DNA from: a virus
Length of the DNA stretch: 64,000 nt
Direction: 5' to 3' (one strand)
Virus genome (UHGV): UHGV-0117053
Shown: one piece after another, positions 1-11,054 of the stretch
Layout of the letters: each line of letters opens with the position of its first letter
Position numbering within the stretch: the first letter of the stretch is position 1
Translations under genes and position numbers: made by a program
The notes under the pieces: model-generated
Databases searched by the model: none
What the model was told of the DNA's origin: nothing
What the model saw: only the letters and a program-made list of their open reading frames with translations

Positions 1-968
1 TTCATGACAATATTTACGTTGGTCCAGCCACCAGCTTGCATGATCTCCGGTATTGAAACTCCGGCGCGGGCCATATCTCGCGCGGCTCCGACACGGGCAC
101 TGTGTCCAGACCAGGCCAGGTATCTCTGACCAGAGTCATCCTTAGCGCCGTAAATCAATCGATGAGTTGCTTCAAAAATCCCTTCCAGGGCGCGAGTTGA
201 TAGCTGGCTGGTGGCAGATGGCGCGGCAACACCATTTTTTCTGACACGGCAAAACAAGTAGTTATTCGGATCATCAGCCACACCAGAGACAGAAATCCAT
301 CGCTCGACCAGTTTAGTTACCCCCAGGCTAAGTGCCTTCTCTACACCTGCGGTGCTAACCAGCGTTTTCGTTCTGCCAATATGGATTAACATTCTCCCAC
401 CGTCAGTACGTGAGATATCTTTAACCCTGATCCTGGCAATTTCGGCTATACGTAATAGGGTGTTATAAGCAATCCCCAGAAATGCCAGATTACGTATATC
501 CTGGCAGCGATCGCTATTTTCCATGAGTGAACGAACCTGGTCGAAATCAGTGCGTTCGAACGCCAGTGCCTGTTTTGCACGTTCACCGGCATCAACGTTT
601 TCTTTTCGGATCCGTCGCATGACCAGTGAAACAGCATTACTGTCACTTGGTCGTGGCAGCCCGGACCGACGATGAAGCATGTTTAGCTGGCCCAAATGTT
701 GCTGGATAGTTTTTACTGCCAGACCGCGCGCCTGAAGATATAGAAGATAATCGCGAACATCTTCAGGTTCTGCGGGAAACCATTTCCGGTTATTCAACTT
801 GCACCATGCCGCCCACGATCGGCAAACGGACAGAAGCATTTTCCAGGTATGCTCAGAAAACGCCTGGCGATCCCTGAACATGTCCATCAGGTTCTTGCGA
901 ACCTCATCACTCGTTGCATCGACCGGTAATGCAGGCAAATTTTGGTGTACGGTCAGTAAATTGGACAT
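1..968 (-). CDS. cre: Cre tyrosine recombinase, N-terminal ~322 codons; 3' end lies beyond the window start
   Basis: Minus-strand translation from ATG 968-966 reads MSNLLTVHQNLPALPVDATSDEVRKNLMDMF..., matching Cre as I know it. Absent from the ORF track because no stop lies inside the window. Confidence 0.95.
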   Translation of the reverse strand, partial: MSNLLTVHQNLPALPVDATSDEVRKNLMDMFRDRQAFSEHTWKMLLSVCRSWAAWCKLNNRKWFPAEPEDVRDYLLYLQARGLAVKTIQQHLGQLNMLHRRSGLPRPSDSNAVSLVMRRIRKENVDAGERAKQALAFERTDFDQVRSLMENSDRCQDIRNLAFLGIAYNTLLRIAEIARIRVKDISRTDGGRMLIHIGRTKTLVSTAGVEKALSLGVTKLVERWISVSGVADDPNNYLFCRVRKNGVAAPSATSQLSTRALEGIFEATHRLIYGAKDDSGQRYLAWSGHSARVGAARDMARAGVSIPEIMQAGGWTNVNIVM

Positions 969-975
969 TTAACAC

Positions 976-1197
976 TCAGATAATGGTTTTAAGTAAAGTG
1001 TACAGGATCGGCTCTGCCTTTACCTGTTTATGGTTCTCGTCATAGAAACGCCAGCGACCGCGCGTGCGTTCTATTTTCTCTTCACCGCGCGATAATGACA
1101 GTTGACAACTATCACGATCAAACCCTTTTGCCCGCCAGTAACCACGGTTTTTCTCAAGCTCAAGATGAGTGGACACTTTGGCAGCTGAATATCCCAT
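976..1197 (-). CDS. Small ORF (73 aa) between loxP and cre, cra-like by position; function unknown
   Basis: Track ORF with ATG at 1197-1195 and a GAGGTG RBS, ending 8 nt before the cre ATG. Confidence 0.45.
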   Translation of the reverse strand: MGYSAAKVSTHLELEKNRGYWRAKGFDRDSCQLSLSRGEEKIERTRGRWRFYDENHKQVKAEPILYTLLKTII

Positions 1198-1294
1198 TTT
1201 TCACCTCTGATTGATTGGTGGTGCTAAGTGCGCTACGCGAAATCTGTAGGACTAACACCGCCAACATTTCGCAGATTTTACGTAGCGCTACCTT

Positions 1295-1367
1295 GATCAA
1301 ATGATCAAGTGATCACTATTTGACCTGATAAGGTATTGAACTGTATGGATTTACAGGTAAATTGATC
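1295..1367. promoter_or_regulatory. Cluster of four GATC (Dam) sites in the cre upstream region
   Basis: GATC at 1295, 1303, 1311 and 1364. P1 cre promoters are reported to be Dam-sensitive (recalled, not tested here). Confidence 0.4.
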
Positions 1368-1386
1368 ATGTTCAATAACCCTTAAG

Positions 1387-1420
1387 ATAACTTCGTATAA
1401 TGTATGCTATACGAAGTTAT
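1387..1420. other. loxP: loxP recombination site (13-bp inverted repeats flanking an 8-bp spacer)
   Basis: Exact 34-mer ATAACTTCGTATA-ATGTATGC-TATACGAAGTTAT, about 420 bp upstream of the cre start. Confidence 0.97.
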
Positions 1421-1463
1421 TAGGTCTGAAGAGGAGTTTACGTCCAGCTGCGCATAAAAATCA

Positions 1464-1480
1464 AGAATTATTAGAGCAAT
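1464..1480 (-). promoter_or_regulatory. C1 operator-like site (reverse orientation)
   Basis: AGAATTATTAGAGCAAT against the reverse consensus AAATTTATTAGAGCAAT; 2 mismatches. Confidence 0.6.
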
Positions 1481-1546
1481 AAATTTTGAGAGAAAAATCC
1501 CACTCCACCAGCCAAAAACTGGATTGTTTTTCATAGTTGTTTGACA

Positions 1547-1563
1547 ATTGCTCTAATAAATTA
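1547..1563 (+). promoter_or_regulatory. C1 operator overlapping a sigma70-like promoter for coi-c1
   Basis: ATTGCTCTAATAAATTA (16/17 to the C1 operator consensus), flanked by TTGACA at 1541-1546 and TATAGT at 1563-1568. Confidence 0.75.
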
Positions 1564-1801
1564 TAGTTTTGCCGCCGTTTCGTAATACGACTTTGGATTC
1601 ACTATTTAATGTGTCTTCAGCGTTGTAGAGCGGCTCAGAAGGAAATGAGCAAACAGGGAAACCTTATACAACGGCATTACAGCTATGCATTGCTCATCTT
1701 ACACACAGCGCAATGTTGTTAGATTACCCCAGCATGGATCATGGGTGAAACAGTAGGTCAGAGCTTCAGGCTCTGTGTTGTCAATACAGTGAGGCATAAT
1801 T

Positions 1802-2011
1802 ATGGCTTTCATTCCACCAACCATCGACGACGTTAGACATTGCTCTAACGCTTTATCTGTAGACCCTGCCGAAACCGACGCTGCCCGCGCCATTGCTGAA
1901 CACTACTCAAAGATATCCAATCAGGAGTACCGCATCACCCAAGACGACCTGGATGATCTCACTGACACAATCGAATATCTCATGGCCACTAACCAGCCAG
2001 ACTCACAATAA
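1802..2011 (+). CDS. coi: Coi, C1 inactivator (69 aa)
   Basis: 69-aa ORF with a GAGG RBS immediately upstream of c1; size and position match P1 coi. Confidence 0.8.
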   Translation: MAFIPPTIDDVRHCSNALSVDPAETDAARAIAEHYSKISNQEYRITQDDLDDLTDTIEYLMATNQPDSQ

Positions 2012-2121
2012 ATGCACTAATAAATCTATTATTTTCGTTGGATCCTTCTATAATGGTGGCCAACAACTCCCAGTGTAATCCGCTGTGAGTTGTTGGCCAT
2101 GTCAATTCTGGAGGAGGATCA

Positions 2122-2973
2122 ATGATAAATTATGTCTACGGCGAACAACTGTACCAGGAGTTCGTCAGCTTCAGGGATCTCTTTCTAAAAAAAGCTGTTG
2201 CACGCGCCCAACACGTTGATGCCGCCAGCGACGGTCGTCCTGTACGCCCGGTTGTCGTTCTACCGTTCAAAGAAACGGACAGCATTCAGGCTGAAATTGA
2301 TAAATGGACTTTAATGGCGCGGGAACTGGAACAGTACCCAGACCTCAATATCCCAAAGACTATTTTATATCCTGTGCCTAACATCCTTCGCGGTGTGCGT
2401 AAGGTTACGACTTATCAGACAGAAGCTGTGAACAGCGTCAACATGACCGCTGGCCGCATTATTCATCTGATTGATAAGGACATTCGCATCCAGAAAAGCG
2501 CGGGGATCAATGAGCACAGTGCGAAATACATAGAGAACCTGGAAGCAACAAAAGAGCTAATGAAGCAGTACCCGGAGGATGAAAAATTCCGTATGCGTGT
2601 ACACGGCTTTAGCGAAACAATGCTGCGCGTCCACTACATTTCCAGTAGCCCTAACTACAATGATGGTAAATCAGTTAGTTACCATGTGCCGCTGTGTGGT
2701 GTGTTTATCTGCGATGAAACTCTCCGTGATGGAATCATCATCAACGGTGAATTCGAGAAAGCAAAATTTAGCCTTTATGACTCCATAGAACCGATCATCT
2801 GCGACCGCTGGCCGCAGGCAAAAATATATCGCCTGGCAGATATTGAAAATGTAAAAAAACAAATTGCCATCACTCGCGAAGAGAAAAAGGTCAAATCAGC
2901 CGCATCAGTTACGCGCAGCCGTAAAACTAAGAAGGGGCAGCCGGTAAACGACAACCCCGAAAGCGCGCAATAG
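2122..2973 (+). CDS. c1: C1 repressor of lytic functions (283 aa)
   Basis: 283-aa ORF starting MINYVYGEQ with a GGAGGAGG RBS; lies beside loxP and convergent with pacB; the window is full of its cognate operators. Confidence 0.9.
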   Translation: MINYVYGEQLYQEFVSFRDLFLKKAVARAQHVDAASDGRPVRPVVVLPFKETDSIQAEIDKWTLMARELEQYPDLNIPKTILYPVPNILRGVRKVTTYQTEAVNSVNMTAGRIIHLIDKDIRIQKSAGINEHSAKYIENLEATKELMKQYPEDEKFRMRVHGFSETMLRVHYISSSPNYNDGKSVSYHVPLCGVFICDETLRDGIIINGEFEKAKFSLYDSIEPIICDRWPQAKIYRLADIENVKKQIAITREEKKVKSAASVTRSRKTKKGQPVNDNPESAQ

Positions 2974-2997
2974 TTTCTATCCGGCATGGTCAATGAG

Positions 2998-4482
2998 TTA
3001 TTCATTAAGCCATGCCAGAGCTTCATCAACCTGCGCTTCGTCTTCGATGCTAAGCACTTCATCCTGGGGAACATAATCCGCCAGCATAGCGAAACAATAT
3101 GTATCCCAATGGTCTGGTGAGTGCAGGTTGAGTTTTTTCTTCATATCCTCCTTACTCATCACCTTCCATTGACCTGCGGAGTTAATCCCTACAGGGATTT
3201 TCGACGCTTCCTCAATAGTTTCATTACCCTTATCCAGTCTCATACGACCAGATTTTACGGCCTCTGCGGCTTGAACGTTGGCATAAGCACGTTTATCAAA
3301 GTACAGGCTCTTATCTTCACGGCTATGCATCTTTTTACCCCAGCGTATACGCTGTACGGTAATACCATAATACTCGTACATCAGATCCGCCGTTGCTTTA
3401 CCCAGGCCATCGCCGTCTATCGCTATGGTGATATTTGGGAATCGCTCAGGATTGCATTCTGCGAAAATTTTGGCGGCAAGCTGCGTTTCTGTAACGTCTG
3501 TGTATTCCAGCATTCGATAGTTGATTACACGGCGTTTATTTCGCTGGCCGGACACCATCATGATATTGATAACGGACTTATCCCGTCCCGTACCACCAGC
3601 AACGTCCACACATGCAAGCCAGCCCCATCCTTTGGCAATCTTGACTTTCCGCCGCGTTGCACGTTCAACCTCATCACGTCCAAGAAGGAAGCCATCCTGT
3701 GATTTAGGGAATAGGCCGCGTACCTTAATCATGTACATAGGGTTATCACGCCCGCCGTACTCCGCCAGCTTCATTTTGATAAATGCTGGCGTTACCAGCG
3801 GTGATTCCTCACTGTTAAGCGTGATCGCCGTATAAACGCCATCAGGGTTACCAGGACGCTTGGCCAGTTTATGGTGAGTATCGTAGAAGTAGCCGCTTGG
3901 GCGTGTAGGCTGTGACAGTAATAAGATGCGGTTATCCTGTCCGGTAAGAGCACCGGTGATGATACCGAAAGCTCTATCACTGACACCGGAGGCTTCATCG
4001 ATAATATACAGAAGATGATCTGCGTGTTCACCGGCGAGAGCTTCTTCACTTCCCAGACGAAAGCCCTTCGGTACTACAGTCCATACACCTTTACCAGTAA
4101 CCTCATAGAAAGCGGTTTCTGTCAGAACAAAATAATCAGCAAGCCATGGAAAACGGCTGGTGGCAGTAGCCCAGTTTATCTTGATGTACTTGAATATACC
4201 GGTCATTACCTGCTGAATTTTGTTCGCAACGATAATGGCGCGGGCACCGGGATACATGATTATGAACAACATGATCATGATAGAAGTCATATCTGATTTC
4301 CCGGTACCGTGACCAGACGAAACAGATGTCTTGCTACCCTGTTCCTGCACAGACTCAATAATCAGATCCTGCTGCCAGGTAGGTGTTTTGCCGAACAAAA
4401 CATCAGCGGCAGCAATCCAGTCATAACGATATAGCGCCACCAGCTCGCGCCAACGTGGATCCGTTACGCAACTTCTGGCCAT
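2998..4482 (-). CDS. pacB: Terminase large subunit PacB (494 aa)
   Basis: 494-aa ORF whose start overlaps the pacA stop (ATGA); size and position downstream of pacA fit P1 PacB. Confidence 0.9.
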   Translation of the reverse strand: MARSCVTDPRWRELVALYRYDWIAAADVLFGKTPTWQQDLIIESVQEQGSKTSVSSGHGTGKSDMTSIMIMLFIIMYPGARAIIVANKIQQVMTGIFKYIKINWATATSRFPWLADYFVLTETAFYEVTGKGVWTVVPKGFRLGSEEALAGEHADHLLYIIDEASGVSDRAFGIITGALTGQDNRILLLSQPTRPSGYFYDTHHKLAKRPGNPDGVYTAITLNSEESPLVTPAFIKMKLAEYGGRDNPMYMIKVRGLFPKSQDGFLLGRDEVERATRRKVKIAKGWGWLACVDVAGGTGRDKSVINIMMVSGQRNKRRVINYRMLEYTDVTETQLAAKIFAECNPERFPNITIAIDGDGLGKATADLMYEYYGITVQRIRWGKKMHSREDKSLYFDKRAYANVQAAEAVKSGRMRLDKGNETIEEASKIPVGINSAGQWKVMSKEDMKKKLNLHSPDHWDTYCFAMLADYVPQDEVLSIEDEAQVDEALAWLNE

Positions 4483-5675
4483 TAATCATCATCCCCGTAT
4501 AGCTTGCGGGTAACTTCTTCGTCTTCCTCCTCGTCTTCGTCCAGGTCTTGTTCCAGCCATGGGTCGTTTGATACACCTTCAGTATCAACATCTCCATAAC
4601 CGCCTGTATCAACGATATCGGCGATTTCTTCCCTACGCTGCTCAATCCACAATGCGGCATCGGCGCGGCGGTTGGCGGCCCGTTCTCGCGCAACTTTGTC
4701 CAGATCTTCAAGAGAAGGGCCACCGACGGCTGTTTGCCTTTCCTCATCATCGGTATTGGTCTTAGGAGCACGCAGATCGGCTTTGATTTGCTCCAGCATC
4801 AGGGGCGGCACTTTCCCGCCATGCGCCTCAATGAATTCAGCTGCTTCCAGCACTGACCAGTTATTTTCACGCTTTCGTTCGTATGCCAGCTTAACAATGC
4901 CAGCTTGCCCCATAGACAAAGCGTGCTTTTCCGCCTCCCGGCTTTCTTTTCGATAGTTATTCCGGATGCTGTAAATGGTGTTGATCAGGCTGCTTATCTG
5001 CGCGGAACAGCTGTTTAGCATGCTCGCGATACGGTATTCAGGCGGAGTACCTTCATCATCGTCTTTTTGCTGATCGCGCATTTCCTGCACCAGGCGAATA
5101 CACGTATCCCTGGCGTTCTCCAGCATAAGGAGATGAGAGAGAGACTTTTCCAGAAGAGTGGTTTCCAGAACATCAGCCCCGGACCGACGCAACATAGCGC
5201 GCGCGGCCTTCCGCGCTTCAACGTTATCTATCAGGTAATCGCCAGCTTCGAATTCAAAGCGTTCACCATCATCATCCAGGGTGTCGCGTTCCAGGCGATC
5301 ACGTAAGGTCCGGTGGGCGCGGGTGATCACGTCATGATCATCAGAACGATCATTTATGCGCTTATTCTGGCGCTTCGCGTTCTCGACTGCGGCACTGACA
5401 ACAGCATTAACTCTTTGTTTTTCAGCCATTTCAGCCACAACGTGATCACCTGCACGTTGATCATTAGCGTGATCAATGATCATGCTTTTTAGTGGTTTTC
5501 TGACAGGCTTATTTGGCTTACGGCTGTCCGCTGTTCCGGTGTCTTCTTTGAATGCACGGAGATAACGACGTGCGGTGTTTGGGTTGAGATTAAACTCGGC
5601 GGCATATTGTGCGATGGTGTAACCACCATCTCGCGCCAGGCGAGCAAAATTCTTCTTGTGATCGTCCCAGGTCAC
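4482..5675 (-). CDS. pacA: Terminase small (pac-recognition) subunit PacA (397 aa)
   Basis: 397-aa ORF (GTG start) that contains the pac site inside its coding sequence. Confidence 0.85.
   Translation of the reverse strand: MTWDDHKKNFARLARDGGYTIAQYAAEFNLNPNTARRYLRAFKEDTGTADSRKPNKPVRKPLKSMIIDHANDQRAGDHVVAEMAEKQRVNAVVSAAVENAKRQNKRINDRSDDHDVITRAHRTLRDRLERDTLDDDGERFEFEAGDYLIDNVEARKAARAMLRRSGADVLETTLLEKSLSHLLMLENARDTCIRLVQEMRDQQKDDDEGTPPEYRIASMLNSCSAQISSLINTIYSIRNNYRKESREAEKHALSMGQAGIVKLAYERKRENNWSVLEAAEFIEAHGGKVPPLMLEQIKADLRAPKTNTDDEERQTAVGGPSLEDLDKVARERAANRRADAALWIEQRREEIADIVDTGGYGDVDTEGVSNDPWLEQDLDEDEEEDEEVTRKLYGDDD
5324..5482. other. pac: pac packaging site: seven GATC-containing hexamers in clusters of 3 and 4
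   Basis: TGATCA at 5324, 5335 and CGATCA at 5347; TGATCA at 5443, 5458, 5470, 5477. This 3+4 layout inside pacA is the P1 pac arrangement. Confidence 0.85.
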
Positions 5676-5761
5676 TTATGCTTCCTTTCGTATAAAACTC
5701 TTTTTGACGCGAGGGTAACGAAAGTCACATGTCAAAAGGCCCGGAACGGGCAAGCAATCAA

Positions 5762-6214
5762 TCAGATACGTGCGGATGTGGCATTACCGTAATGACGGTG
5801 CTGACGGACCACCTTATTGAAAAGTTGACGCGCCATCACCCAAGGCTGGTGCTCCCGGCGTTCCTTTTCGTCCTGCGTCATATAGAGTTCGTTCTGGAGT
5901 TTTTCATCAAACCGGCGCGGAGCGCGGCTGCGGCGAAAGAATTCAGGATTCAGAGAGTGGATCTGAAATCTACGTGGGCGTGTACTGTCATCAATCAAAA
6001 CAGACGAATACTTAGACACAGCGATAGCCTTTAAGCGCAGATAAACATCGCGCTTATCGACATCCAGATGCGGGTATTCCTTTTCAAGAATTGCTGCGAG
6101 TTCTTTCGCTGATAGAAGAGATTTAGTGCGGATCATGTAATCCGCAATCTCGTACGATGTTATTCGTGAGTGATTTATTTCCATGAAGTGGCGTCCCTGC
6201 CAGTTAAGTAACAT
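5762..6214 (-). CDS. lpa: Late promoter activator Lpa-like (150 aa)
   Basis: 150-aa basic ORF immediately upstream of pacA with a C1 operator-like site just upstream; position fits P1 lpa. Confidence 0.7.
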   Translation of the reverse strand: MLLNWQGRHFMEINHSRITSYEIADYMIRTKSLLSAKELAAILEKEYPHLDVDKRDVYLRLKAIAVSKYSSVLIDDSTRPRRFQIHSLNPEFFRRSRAPRRFDEKLQNELYMTQDEKERREHQPWVMARQLFNKVVRQHRHYGNATSARI

Positions 6215-6284
6215 CCTGTCACCTACTGATTAGCCCATGTCAACTAATCAACGTCGAATATAATACCCTCGATTAAAGAAATAG

Positions 6285-6301
6285 CAATACATTAGAGCAA
6301 T
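6285..6301 (-). promoter_or_regulatory. C1 operator-like site upstream of lpa
   Basis: CAATACATTAGAGCAAT: the TTAGAGCAAT core is intact; 3 mismatches in the distal part. Confidence 0.45.
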
Positions 6302-6302
6302 T

Positions 6303-7346
6303 TTATCTAACGCTCGACGAATGACTTGTGATAGCGCCGACTCCAAGCGCGTAATCAAAGAACAATCGTTGATGCATCGCCAGCCTACCGTGCGTCTTCT
6401 CCCAATTATCGCGGTCACGCTCAATATCACGCTGGCATGACTGGCACAGAGGAATAGCATAAATGTCATGCGCGCATAATCGACTATGACGAACGATATA
6501 AGGCGTAATGTGAGCGCCAGCTCCCGCAGCTCCACAGCCACAGCATGGACGGGAAGCCACAAAGTCCATGTACTCGGGCAATTTTAGCGATTGAAGTTTT
6601 GGTATTTTGAAATGCGCCATACCTGGGTCGGAGTCAACATCCACAGGGCATACTTTTGCACGCATCGGCGCGGCGCGTTCTTCCATCATCTGAACATATG
6701 CTGTAGCGCGATCGTCATACGGGCGAATATCCGCCTCTTTCAGAGGTCCGCTATCCTGCGGAGTAGCCTTCATCTTATTTATTGATATGCGGCAGACTTC
6801 TTCCGGCATCAGGTGCATCATGTTGCGCATGAAAGCCCACCAGCACAGCTCCTGAATACTTAAATCATGGCTATTTGAAAGGCCCATTTCCTGACGGGCG
6901 ACATCCAGTATCCAGTTAACGCGATTATTGTGCAGCGTTTCTTTCAGCTCATTAAAACCACGCATCCGATAATGGTTATCGTGATGCCAGCACAACAACA
7001 CCGCGCTATTGTCTCGTTCAGCGTGGACAATATGGTTGTCACACCAACTACGATCTGCGGCCTGGCATTGACCCTCTTTCTTACGCAACCACGTCACCAG
7101 CGCGTCAATTCCACCAATACGGCGAAACAGTTCATCGCTGTTAAAAAACGGCTGCAACGCCTCATTTGTTGCCATGGTTTGCTCGGTAACAACGAGGCCG
7201 TCTTCCATGTGCTCGATTAACTCACGCGGCACCGGCTCCATAATAAATTTACGGCCAGCCTCCACCAGCTTTCTGACCTCCTGATCCACTTTGAACGTGG
7301 CGAGGCCAAGCTCTTTCTGTACAAAGGGAGTAATTATGGCTTTCAC
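6303..7346 (-). CDS. Conserved Cys-rich protein downstream of doc (pdcB-like by position), 347 aa
   Basis: Track ORF with GTG start; C-terminal Cys/His-rich segment ([12 protein letters not shown]...LCQSCQ). Confidence 0.6.
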   Translation of the reverse strand: MKAIITPFVQKELGLATFKVDQEVRKLVEAGRKFIMEPVPRELIEHMEDGLVVTEQTMATNEALQPFFNSDELFRRIGGIDALVTWLRKKEGQCQAADRSWCDNHIVHAERDNSAVLLCWHHDNHYRMRGFNELKETLHNNRVNWILDVARQEMGLSNSHDLSIQELCWWAFMRNMMHLMPEEVCRISINKMKATPQDSGPLKEADIRPYDDRATAYVQMMEERAAPMRAKVCPVDVDSDPGMAHFKIPKLQSLKLPEYMDFVASRPCCGCGAAGAGAHITPYIVRHSRLCAHDIYAIPLCQSCQRDIERDRDNWEKTHGRLAMHQRLFFDYALGVGAITSHSSSVR

Positions 7347-7373
7347 ATCACACCTTTAATCACTGATTGGGCT

Positions 7374-7574
7374 TTATCTGCTGCCCGGCATTCTCTGTTT
7401 AAGCACAACCATTTCCTGACGGCATAACACAGCAATAGCGGTCCTGACTCCAATTTGCTTACCAACCAGGTATTGCTTTACCTTGCGGCGGCTCACGCCA
7501 TCAAGAAGCATCTTTAACGCTTCACGGGACAACTTGTTGTATTTACGTGCCATTAATCTACTCCGCAGAACCAT
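7374..7574 (-). CDS. Small basic ORF (66 aa) overlapping the doc 3' end (pdcA-like by position)
   Basis: ATG at 7574; overlaps the doc stop by 17 nt. Confidence 0.4.
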
Positions 7575-7938
7575 ACAATCTACGTAACGTGTCGGCGACA
7601 GAAGATACAGATATCTCGCCAGTCGCAGCGCCTACAGTAAGGTCTGCCAGTTCAGGTGAATCAAATACCTGCACCCCGTTACGGCGTAGAAATAGCAGCG
7701 CACTGTTTAGCGCGGTACGCTTATTGGCATCATTGAATATATGCCCTCTCGCCGTAGCCACCAGGTAGGTGGCGGAGACTTCGAAAAGGTCGGTGATCTC
7801 TTCGTAGGCAACTCTGGCCTGAACTCTCCCGATAATGGCCTCTGCCCTACCCGGATCTGACATTCCCGGCAGGCCGCCGTAGCGGCTTATATTCGCATCA
7901 TGAAGCGCAATAAGTTCTTCCGGTGATATATGCCTCAT
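7558..7938 (-). CDS. doc: Doc toxin (Fic-fold), 126 aa
   Basis: Translation [25 protein letters not shown]... matches P1 Doc as I recall it; start overlaps the phd stop. Confidence 0.95.
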
Positions 7939-8159
7939 TATCGGTTAACCAGTTCCTTGTTGGTGGAGTCCAGGGTGTCAAACAGGGATGCAAATTCAGC
8001 ATCCAGCGCCGCTTTTTTGTAGGCTTCGAAAGTAGCCTTGCTGACAATTACTGCTGGCTCACGGCCTCTGCGGGTGATTTCAACCTCTTCCCCGGCTTCA
8101 ACATTGTTGAGCACTTCAGAAAGGTTGCCACGCGCGGTACGGAAGTTAATGGATTGCAT
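7938..8159 (-). CDS. phd: Phd antitoxin, 73 aa
   Basis: [39 protein letters not shown]... matches P1 Phd as I recall it; start placed at the internal ATG of the track ORF. Confidence 0.95.
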
Positions 8160-8231
8160 AAACACCTCGTGTACTCGTTATGTGTACACAATTATAAACT
8201 TCACAGGCATAAAGCACCAGCACTTTGCAGC

Positions 8232-8621
8232 TTAAATAACCGGACAATCATCAAATTCCCCACTTCGGGCATCATTGATGACATGAGTGATCACACCAAA
8301 AACAGCATTACTGCCCGTGTATCCATCGTCATCTACTGGTAACGCCTCTTTCTTCCCGGTGCTTAAGTCCTCCAGGTGCTGGCGCGGATACTTCCTGTAT
8401 CTCTTTATGCGATATTCACCCTCCATAGCGCACACAAGCAGAGAACCATCAACCGGAGTAAGCGAGGAATCAACCACCAGCAAAGCACCCTGCAATATTC
8501 CCTCACGGTGATGGCTATCAGCTGCCCGCATGAAGTAGGTCGCTGAAGGATGTCTAATTATCTGCTGATCAAGAGAAATTCGGCTTTCAACATAATCCGC
8601 CGCAGGAGAAGGGAAGCCCAT
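8232..8621 (-). CDS. humD: UmuD' homolog HumD (129 aa)
   Basis: UmuD/LexA-type C-terminal peptidase fold; canonical LexA box 20 bp upstream. Confidence 0.85.
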   Translation of the reverse strand: MGFPSPAADYVESRISLDQQIIRHPSATYFMRAADSHHREGILQGALLVVDSSLTPVDGSLLVCAMEGEYRIKRYRKYPRQHLEDLSTGKKEALPVDDDGYTGSNAVFGVITHVINDARSGEFDDCPVI

Positions 8622-8639
8622 AGCGTTTTACCTCAATGA

Positions 8640-8659
8640 TACTGTTTATTCATACAGTA
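8640..8659. promoter_or_regulatory. LexA box (SOS operator) upstream of humD
   Basis: TACTGTTTATTCATACAGTA: CTGT-N8-ACAG palindrome. Confidence 0.8.
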
Positions 8660-8744
8660 TACATTAAAAAGGCATAGTTTGTGAAAGCGGGGTTTGTAGG
8701 CGCGCCACGCTGGGGGCTAATCACATTTCTCCCCCATCTTGCCG

Positions 8745-8996
8745 TTATTTTTTTGGTGCATCCTCGTTCTGATACACCGGATCGCTCCCTTTTGGCAACT
8801 GGAGGCTTAACTGCCGATAGTGCCGTAACCGTTCCATGAAATAGGTGCGCAGATTCTCTGGTTGCTCGCGGGCTACCTGTTCAGCTATGACAGGTATGTT
8901 CAATCGCTCTTTGTACGCCACACCGCTGGCAGCCAGATCAACGTTAACCTTATCCCGTTCTTCCTGACTTTTAGCTGCAATATTCCAATCGTGCAT
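8745..8996 (-). CDS. hot: Homolog of DNA pol III theta subunit (Hot), 83 aa
   Basis: [36 protein letters not shown] aligns to E. coli HolE; start placed at the internal ATG. Confidence 0.8.
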   Translation of the reverse strand: MHDWNIAAKSQEERDKVNVDLAASGVAYKERLNIPVIAEQVAREQPENLRTYFMERLRHYRQLSLQLPKGSDPVYQNEDAPKK

Positions 8997-9445
8997 ATCA
9001 AATCCCATCCAGAACAATTGCGTAACGACTATTATTTAACCAGCAAAGTAACTTTTAATTTTTTTTCTTTTCCCATTGATTTTTGTGCACAGCTTATCTG
9101 CCTTGCCGTGCGCAGAATCAACTTTTTTCTTCCTGATTTATCCACAAAGTTATGCACTTGCAAGAGGGCCATTTTCTAAATATTGTGATGTTTCACAAAT
9201 GAAATGAATTTTGATTAATGAAGATAAGGAGAAAATTTGAGATGCAATCATGACGTTAATAGATAGGGTCTGCATTACAGACCCCATCCGCATCAAGGAA
9301 TTAGCCGTTCCCTGATGTTGTTCCGAAAACATGTGCCGTAAGCTCACGTTAACGACTTTCTTTCACCGAATCCAACTATATAGGGGTTGGGTTTCTACGT
9401 CAACGTGAGCAAGTGCTCCTTTACATTTGACAAGGAACCACCTTA

Positions 9446-9583
9446 ATGACTGCTTTTTTTCAGTTCCTGAGTGCATTTTTAGATGCGCCTGTTATTAGCC
9501 AGATTCTGGCGATCATCCTCATCATCGTTTTGATTTTGCTTTTAAGGTCAGTAAAAAATGGAATTATGCACTGGCTTACTTAA
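9446..9583 (+). CDS. Small hydrophobic peptide (45 aa), candidate membrane peptide
   Basis: ATG after an AAGGA RBS; MTAFFQFLSAFLDAPVISQILAIILIIVLILLLRSVKNGIMHWLT; convergent with hot; not in the track (under 60 aa). Confidence 0.3.
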   Translation: MTAFFQFLSAFLDAPVISQILAIILIIVLILLLRSVKNGIMHWLT

Positions 9584-9657
9584 TGTTCAGTGAAACATTA
9601 AAATCTCCTTGATGTGGAAACAATCATTTTCTGTATGTGCTGGTGGGTACCTGTAGT

Positions 9658-10020
9658 TCAGCTTTCGTTGGCATTTAACTTCGTCTTTGCTTTCTCCACC
9701 AGCAACTTCCAGATGCCTATTTCATTAGCAGCCGCCTTGATGGCGGCATAAAAAGCATCTTGCTGATCGTAACGCTGAATCTGTTTTTTCAGTTTTGCCT
9801 CCACCAATTTAATTTCATTACGTGCTTTCTGAAGCCGCAGCGCCGCCCGGTTACGTCTGTTCTTGTATAGCGCGTTAATCTCTGATAATTGCTTTAATTT
9901 ACCAGCCTGACTGCGGATTATCGCCTCTCTGACTTCTGCCGTGCGTCTCATCTGATCTCTTAAGAGTTCACCGTTTTCGATAATTCTTTCAAGGTGTTTG
10001 ATGTGATCTGCAACTCTCAT
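9658..10020 (-). CDS. Coiled-coil protein (120 aa), unknown function
   Basis: ATG start overlapping the stop of the upstream ORF; Arg/Lys-rich helical sequence. Confidence 0.55.
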   Translation of the reverse strand: MRVADHIKHLERIIENGELLRDQMRRTAEVREAIIRSQAGKLKQLSEINALYKNRRNRAALRLQKARNEIKLVEAKLKKQIQRYDQQDAFYAAIKAAANEIGIWKLLVEKAKTKLNANES

Positions 10021-11054
10021 ACTTCACCCTCGCTTGTATCGCCAGCATCCACCAGCGGCAATAAAGCCCTGGCCATCTTATGAACCAATAGTGCATCAAT
10101 AATGCCAAGCGTATGCCCCGGCTTAATGTTTAATGCCGCCTCAAGGTGACACCTTTCCAGGCCACTTTTCTCGGCTTGTTTATGATGATCTGGTGTAATA
10201 ACGTCGCCCAAAACACGGCTAATTCTTTCTCGTAATTGCTGGGTGCCAGCACACTTGATCGCTGTATCGTGGAGACGGTTAACCAGTTCGCGATAAACAT
10301 GCGGCTTAATTCGGATACGTTCACCGGTGACGCCCTTTCCTGGTGCTGGCACCGAACTATCCGGAGTTACCGGAGAGTTGCCAGCCAGTCTACGCAAAAC
10401 AGCCTTAACAGCCTCAATACGGTCATCATCGCAATTTTCCAGCGTATCTATGCGGTCGAGCATGATGATGGCGTTATCAATATCAGGATTGCCAGTCCAC
10501 TCATTACCGCGATTGGATTCGGCAGCCTGGTTGCCAGATGCTGGCTGATTGTCGGCTTGGCTATAGCTAACAGCACGGCAGGCATCCTCTACGTTCTTCA
10601 CTGCATCTGCGCAGTAGTTATAGCGATTGCATTCCACTAACTTCTGCTTGAGATTTTCAATTGCTTGCGCGACATCAGCCTGTATTGGCGGAACGGCTGT
10701 TTGCTCTCGAACGTCATTAGTCGCTATCGGTTCTGCTGCCAACTGACTGGCATATTTGTTAATGGTAACGATAAGCTCTTGCTCGGCCTCATCCAGACAA
10801 TCACCGATACCTCGCCTGTCACCGTCAAAATCATCGAAATCGGCACGAATCCTGGCAACCTCCCGGATTGCGGACAACACTTCACCAGGAATAAGCGGAG
10901 AGTTGCCCGATAGTACATTCTGCTCCAGCGATGCCAGAGCAATTCGTGCCAGTTCTTCCGCTTCTTCTGCTGGCAGTACAACGTTGCTACCAGGTCCGTA
11001 TGTTTCGCGCCACTGCTTGATTGTCAGTAGTCGCTCTTTGGTAATAGTGATCAT
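10017..11054 (-). CDS. Acidic protein (345 aa), unknown function
   Basis: ATG start; translationally coupled to flanking ORFs; no motif recognised. Confidence 0.6.
   Translation of the reverse strand: MITITKERLLTIKQWRETYGPGSNVVLPAEEAEELARIALASLEQNVLSGNSPLIPGEVLSAIREVARIRADFDDFDGDRRGIGDCLDEAEQELIVTINKYASQLAAEPIATNDVREQTAVPPIQADVAQAIENLKQKLVECNRYNYCADAVKNVEDACRAVSYSQADNQPASGNQAAESNRGNEWTGNPDIDNAIIMLDRIDTLENCDDDRIEAVKAVLRRLAGNSPVTPDSSVPAPGKGVTGERIRIKPHVYRELVNRLHDTAIKCAGTQQLRERISRVLGDVITPDHHKQAEKSGLERCHLEAALNIKPGHTLGIIDALLVHKMARALLPLVDAGDTSEGEV

Noticed and set aside
446-646. 66-aa minus-strand ORF near the window start
   Set aside because: It lies within cre in a different frame; cre itself is missing from the track only because the window truncates it.
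3121-3835. Plus-strand track ORFs (193 and 104 aa) inside pacB
   Set aside because: Antisense to a well-supported terminase gene with no RBS; the same applies to the antisense ORFs inside pacA, dmt (33673-34137), hrdC (34454-35083) and sit (57012-57308).
9590-9650. CTGT-containing sequence that might be a second LexA box near hot
   Set aside because: CTGTATGTGCTGGTGG lacks the ACAG half-site at the correct spacing; only the humD box at 8640-8659 is canonical.
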